Shown: in pieces, positions 28,197 to 30,047 of the stretch | How the letters are laid out: each line of letters opens with the position of its first letter | Numbering within the stretch: position 1 is the stretch's first letter | Assembly: GCA_046760225.1 (NCBI GenBank) | Contig: JBHIDR010000006.1 | Location: 1-30,047, forward strand | Origin: Candidatus Aenigmatarchaeota archaeon | Lineage (GTDB): Archaea > Aenigmatarchaeota > Aenigmatarchaeia > Aenigmatarchaeales > JACQIB01 | Reading direction: 5' to 3' | Length of the DNA: 30,047 bases | The notes under the pieces: generated by a model | Databases searched by the model: none | Seen by the model: only the letters and a program-made list of their open reading frames with translations | Told to the model about the DNA's origin: nothing | Program-made: the position numbers and the translations under genes

Positions 28197-28322
28197 TCAA
28201 ATCAGTACTCTATTCTCCAGATATTCCACTGCCTGTTCTGGGTCACCATCTCCGTATTTCTTCACAAAGTCTTCTGGTACATACCATATCTGCTCTGCCC
28301 CAATCTCTGCAAATCCTTTCAT
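28197..28322 (-). CDS. 41-aa hypothetical micro-protein
   Basis: AGGAGGTG RBS; ATGA overlap with the upstream ORF stop; MKGFAEIGAEQIWYVPEDFVKKYGDGDPEQAVEYLENRVLI*. Confidence 0.6.
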   Translation of the reverse strand: MKGFAEIGAEQIWYVPEDFVKKYGDGDPEQAVEYLENRVLI

Positions 28323-28663
28323 CTTTTACACCTCCTTGATTTTTTGGAGCCCTGAGAGGGACTTGAACCCCCAGCCTGCTGCTTACAAGGCAGCTGCTCT
28401 GCCATTGAGCTATCAGGGCACAATAATTCGATAGCGCTAGGTCTTCCTCTACCATTTGAAATCTTGATAGGGACACCACACGAATTGCCTTTCAACCGCG
28501 CATATGCATATCGAGAGAATGACAGCTTCCTCAAATTTGGGCATCTTTCTAAAACAAGTTTTAAAAGCCTCTTGCTTACAAACTTCCTGAAGTGCACGCA
28601 AGAAACATCAGGTGAAAGTTTTGATATATCAGCATAGCTAGAAACAATTAGTCCGCTTATCAC
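28319..28663 (-). CDS. DUF1699-like protein whose 3' part contains tRNA-Thr
   Basis: IVSSYADISKLSPDVSCVHFRKFVSKRLLKLVLERCPNLRKLSFS resembles DUF1699 (VVSS..I..L....VH.....CP....I), recalled rather than searched; GGTGA RBS before the GTG. Confidence 0.55.
   Translation of the reverse strand: MISGLIVSSYADISKLSPDVSCVHFRKFVSKRLLKLVLERCPNLRKLSFSRYAYARLKGNSCGVPIKISNGRGRPSAIELLCPDSSMAEQLPCKQQAGGSSPSQGSKKSRRCKR
28345..28419 (-). tRNA. tRNA-Thr(TGT), intronless, with encoded CCA
   Basis: GCCCTGATAGCTCAATGGCAGAGCAGCTGCCTTGTAAGCAGCAGGCTGGGGGTTCAAGTCCCTCTCAGGGCTCCA folds into a 75-nt cloverleaf. Confidence 0.96.
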
Positions 28664-28787
28664 TCTGTCCGTAATTCACCTTTCACCTTCAACACCTATC
28701 TAACTATTTATTTGCAACCTTTTTAAAAGGGGCAGAAATGTCACAAAAATTAACCTTAAAAAAGTCTGTTGAACAAACTATACTCAT

Positions 28788-28948
28788 AGCCCCGTGGTCT
28801 AGTGGCCAAGAATCCTTTGGAGGATTGGTAAGATGACAGGCTTTGGTGCGCTAAAGCTCTGAGCGAAAGCTGTGAGGATACCTGTTGACGGAGGAGGGCG
28901 TATAGTTAATCTATTGCCCGCCGATTTCGAATCCTCCCGGGGCTACCA
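28788..28948 (+). tRNA. tRNA-Gln(TTG) with three introns: 28811-28831, 28847-28879, 28895-28925
   Basis: A1-U72 acceptor AGCCCCG/CGGGGCT, A73, CCA; spliced anticodon arm ACAGG-CTTTGGA-CCTGT; T arm GGAGG-TTCGAAT-CCTCC. Confidence 0.88.
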
Positions 28949-28950
28949 TT

Positions 28951-29463
28951 ATGATTATGCCAGACTGGAACGTGATTGTGACAACGCAGAGAAGGGACAT
29001 AAGGGAGGCCTTCAAGCAGCTCAGGCCGCATGGAGAGTTCAAGCGCTCAGCATTCAGGGGGATACTAACAGGCAAGGTAGAGAACAAGGAGGAGTTCATG
29101 GACAGGATGAAGGAGGTCAAGTTCCCTGCTTTCTTCAGGATAATACCTATTGATGCTGTTTTTCTGTTCGAGCCGGACAAGCTTACTGATAGACTAAAGG
29201 AAATGATGCCAAAGTATGCAGAGAAGATACCAGAAGGGGAGAGCTGGGACATAGCTTTTGAGAGAAGAGGGCTGAAAGGAGCAATAAACAGCATGGAGAT
29301 AACAAATATCCTGAGGGAGCAGGTGAAAAACCTTACAAAGGGAAGGCTTGATTTTGAGAAGCCTGAGAACATAATAGTGATCGAGACACTGGGAAAGGAA
29401 TGCGGTGTTGGCTTCCTTTCAAAAGAGATGAAGGAGAAATATCATTTCGTGAGAGCAGACTGA
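28951..29463 (+). CDS. Stand-alone THUMP-domain protein (Tan1-like)
   Basis: RIIPID, SWDIAFERRG, LDFEKPENIIVIETLG..CGVG. Confidence 0.82.
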   Translation: MIMPDWNVIVTTQRRDIREAFKQLRPHGEFKRSAFRGILTGKVENKEEFMDRMKEVKFPAFFRIIPIDAVFLFEPDKLTDRLKEMMPKYAEKIPEGESWDIAFERRGLKGAINSMEITNILREQVKNLTKGRLDFEKPENIIVIETLGKECGVGFLSKEMKEKYHFVRAD

Positions 29464-29503
29464 TAAAATTCATTATGGTTTTGGTAGTGGAGACAAGAGC
29501 AGC

Positions 29504-30047
29504 ATGTCAATAGCAGGCAGCCTGATAGCGAGCATCCTGAAAAGCAGATTTATTTCACATTCGCCCATCATGCTTACGCATCTTGTTACTTCCTTATGCA
29601 ATGCCAGGTGCAAGACATGTGATTTATGGAAAAAATCATCTGGACATAAAAATGACATGTCCAAGGAAGATATCTTCAAAATGCTTGAAAAGGCAAGGAA
29701 AGCCGGGATGGGAGGCTATACAGCATGGGGAGGAGAACCTCTTTTGCGCAAGGACCTGCCTGAAATACTGCGGTTTGCAAAGAAAAACAAGCTGATCACA
29801 ACTGTAATCACGAACGGATTTTCATTAAAGGAGAGATGTGATGAGATTGCGCCTTTTACAGACTATCTGATTGTCTCCATTGACTCCAATGATGAGCTTC
29901 ATGACAAGATGCGCGGTGTCAAGGGAATCAGGAAAAGAGCAATTGACGGAATCATAGCGTGCAAGAAGACGAGAATGAAGACAGTAATCAACAGCGTGAT
30001 AAGCAACCTGAACATGGACAGGATAGATGGCCTGTTCGAGCTTTCCA
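29504..30047 (+). CDS. Radical SAM protein, 3' end truncated by window edge
   Basis: Not in the ORF track. Manual translation gives MSIAGSL...VTSLCNARCKTCDLW (CxxxCxxC), WGGEPL, ITNG, VSIDS...HDKMRG. Confidence 0.9.
   Translation, partial: MSIAGSLIASILKSRFISHSPIMLTHLVTSLCNARCKTCDLWKKSSGHKNDMSKEDIFKMLEKARKAGMGGYTAWGGEPLLRKDLPEILRFAKKNKLITTVITNGFSLKERCDEIAPFTDYLIVSIDSNDELHDKMRGVKGIRKRAIDGIIACKKTRMKTVINSVISNLNMDRIDGLFELS

Noticed and set aside
28716..28732. CCTTTT-T-AAAAGG as a third copy of the tRNA-associated palindrome
   Set aside because: Lacks the RGA loop and AYCAAAAA tail; better explained as a TATA region of the divergent promoter
28872..29153. Plus-strand ORF overlapping tRNA-Gln as a third nested case
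   Set aside because: Starts inside an intron, is out of frame with the THUMP gene, and has no RBS or domain signal
1..30047. CRISPR array, integrase/transposase, rRNA, or att-type duplication of a tRNA 3' end
   Set aside because: None seen: no regularly spaced repeats, no recombinase motifs, and no duplicated tRNA halves noticed

Overview
This is a gene-dense archaeal chromosome segment. It has archaeal-type ThrRS, aMBF1, PINA, TrmB, bulge-helix-bulge (BHB) tRNA introns and TATA promoters. A DPANN-like lineage is inferred but not verified. It carries four aminoacyl-tRNA synthetases (ileS, hisS, cysS, thrS), housekeeping genes, two large secreted surface proteins, and a compositionally distinct HAD-methyltransferase / glycosyltransferase / kinase block. 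The five tRNA genes are the most unusual part. (1) tRNA-His(GTG) and tRNA-Thr(TGT) lie entirely inside same-strand ORFs (AbrB/MraZ-like and DUF1699-like). Each is followed by a micro-ORF and then the cognate synthetase, and in the His case the tRNA 5' half appears to encode the last strand of the AbrB repeat. (2) The three free-standing tRNAs are heavily interrupted: tRNA-Arg(CCT) has four BHB-type introns, and tRNA-Cys(GCA) and tRNA-Gln(TTG) have three each. IleRS has a non-canonical GLHH signature. All calls were made by eye; no database searches were run.
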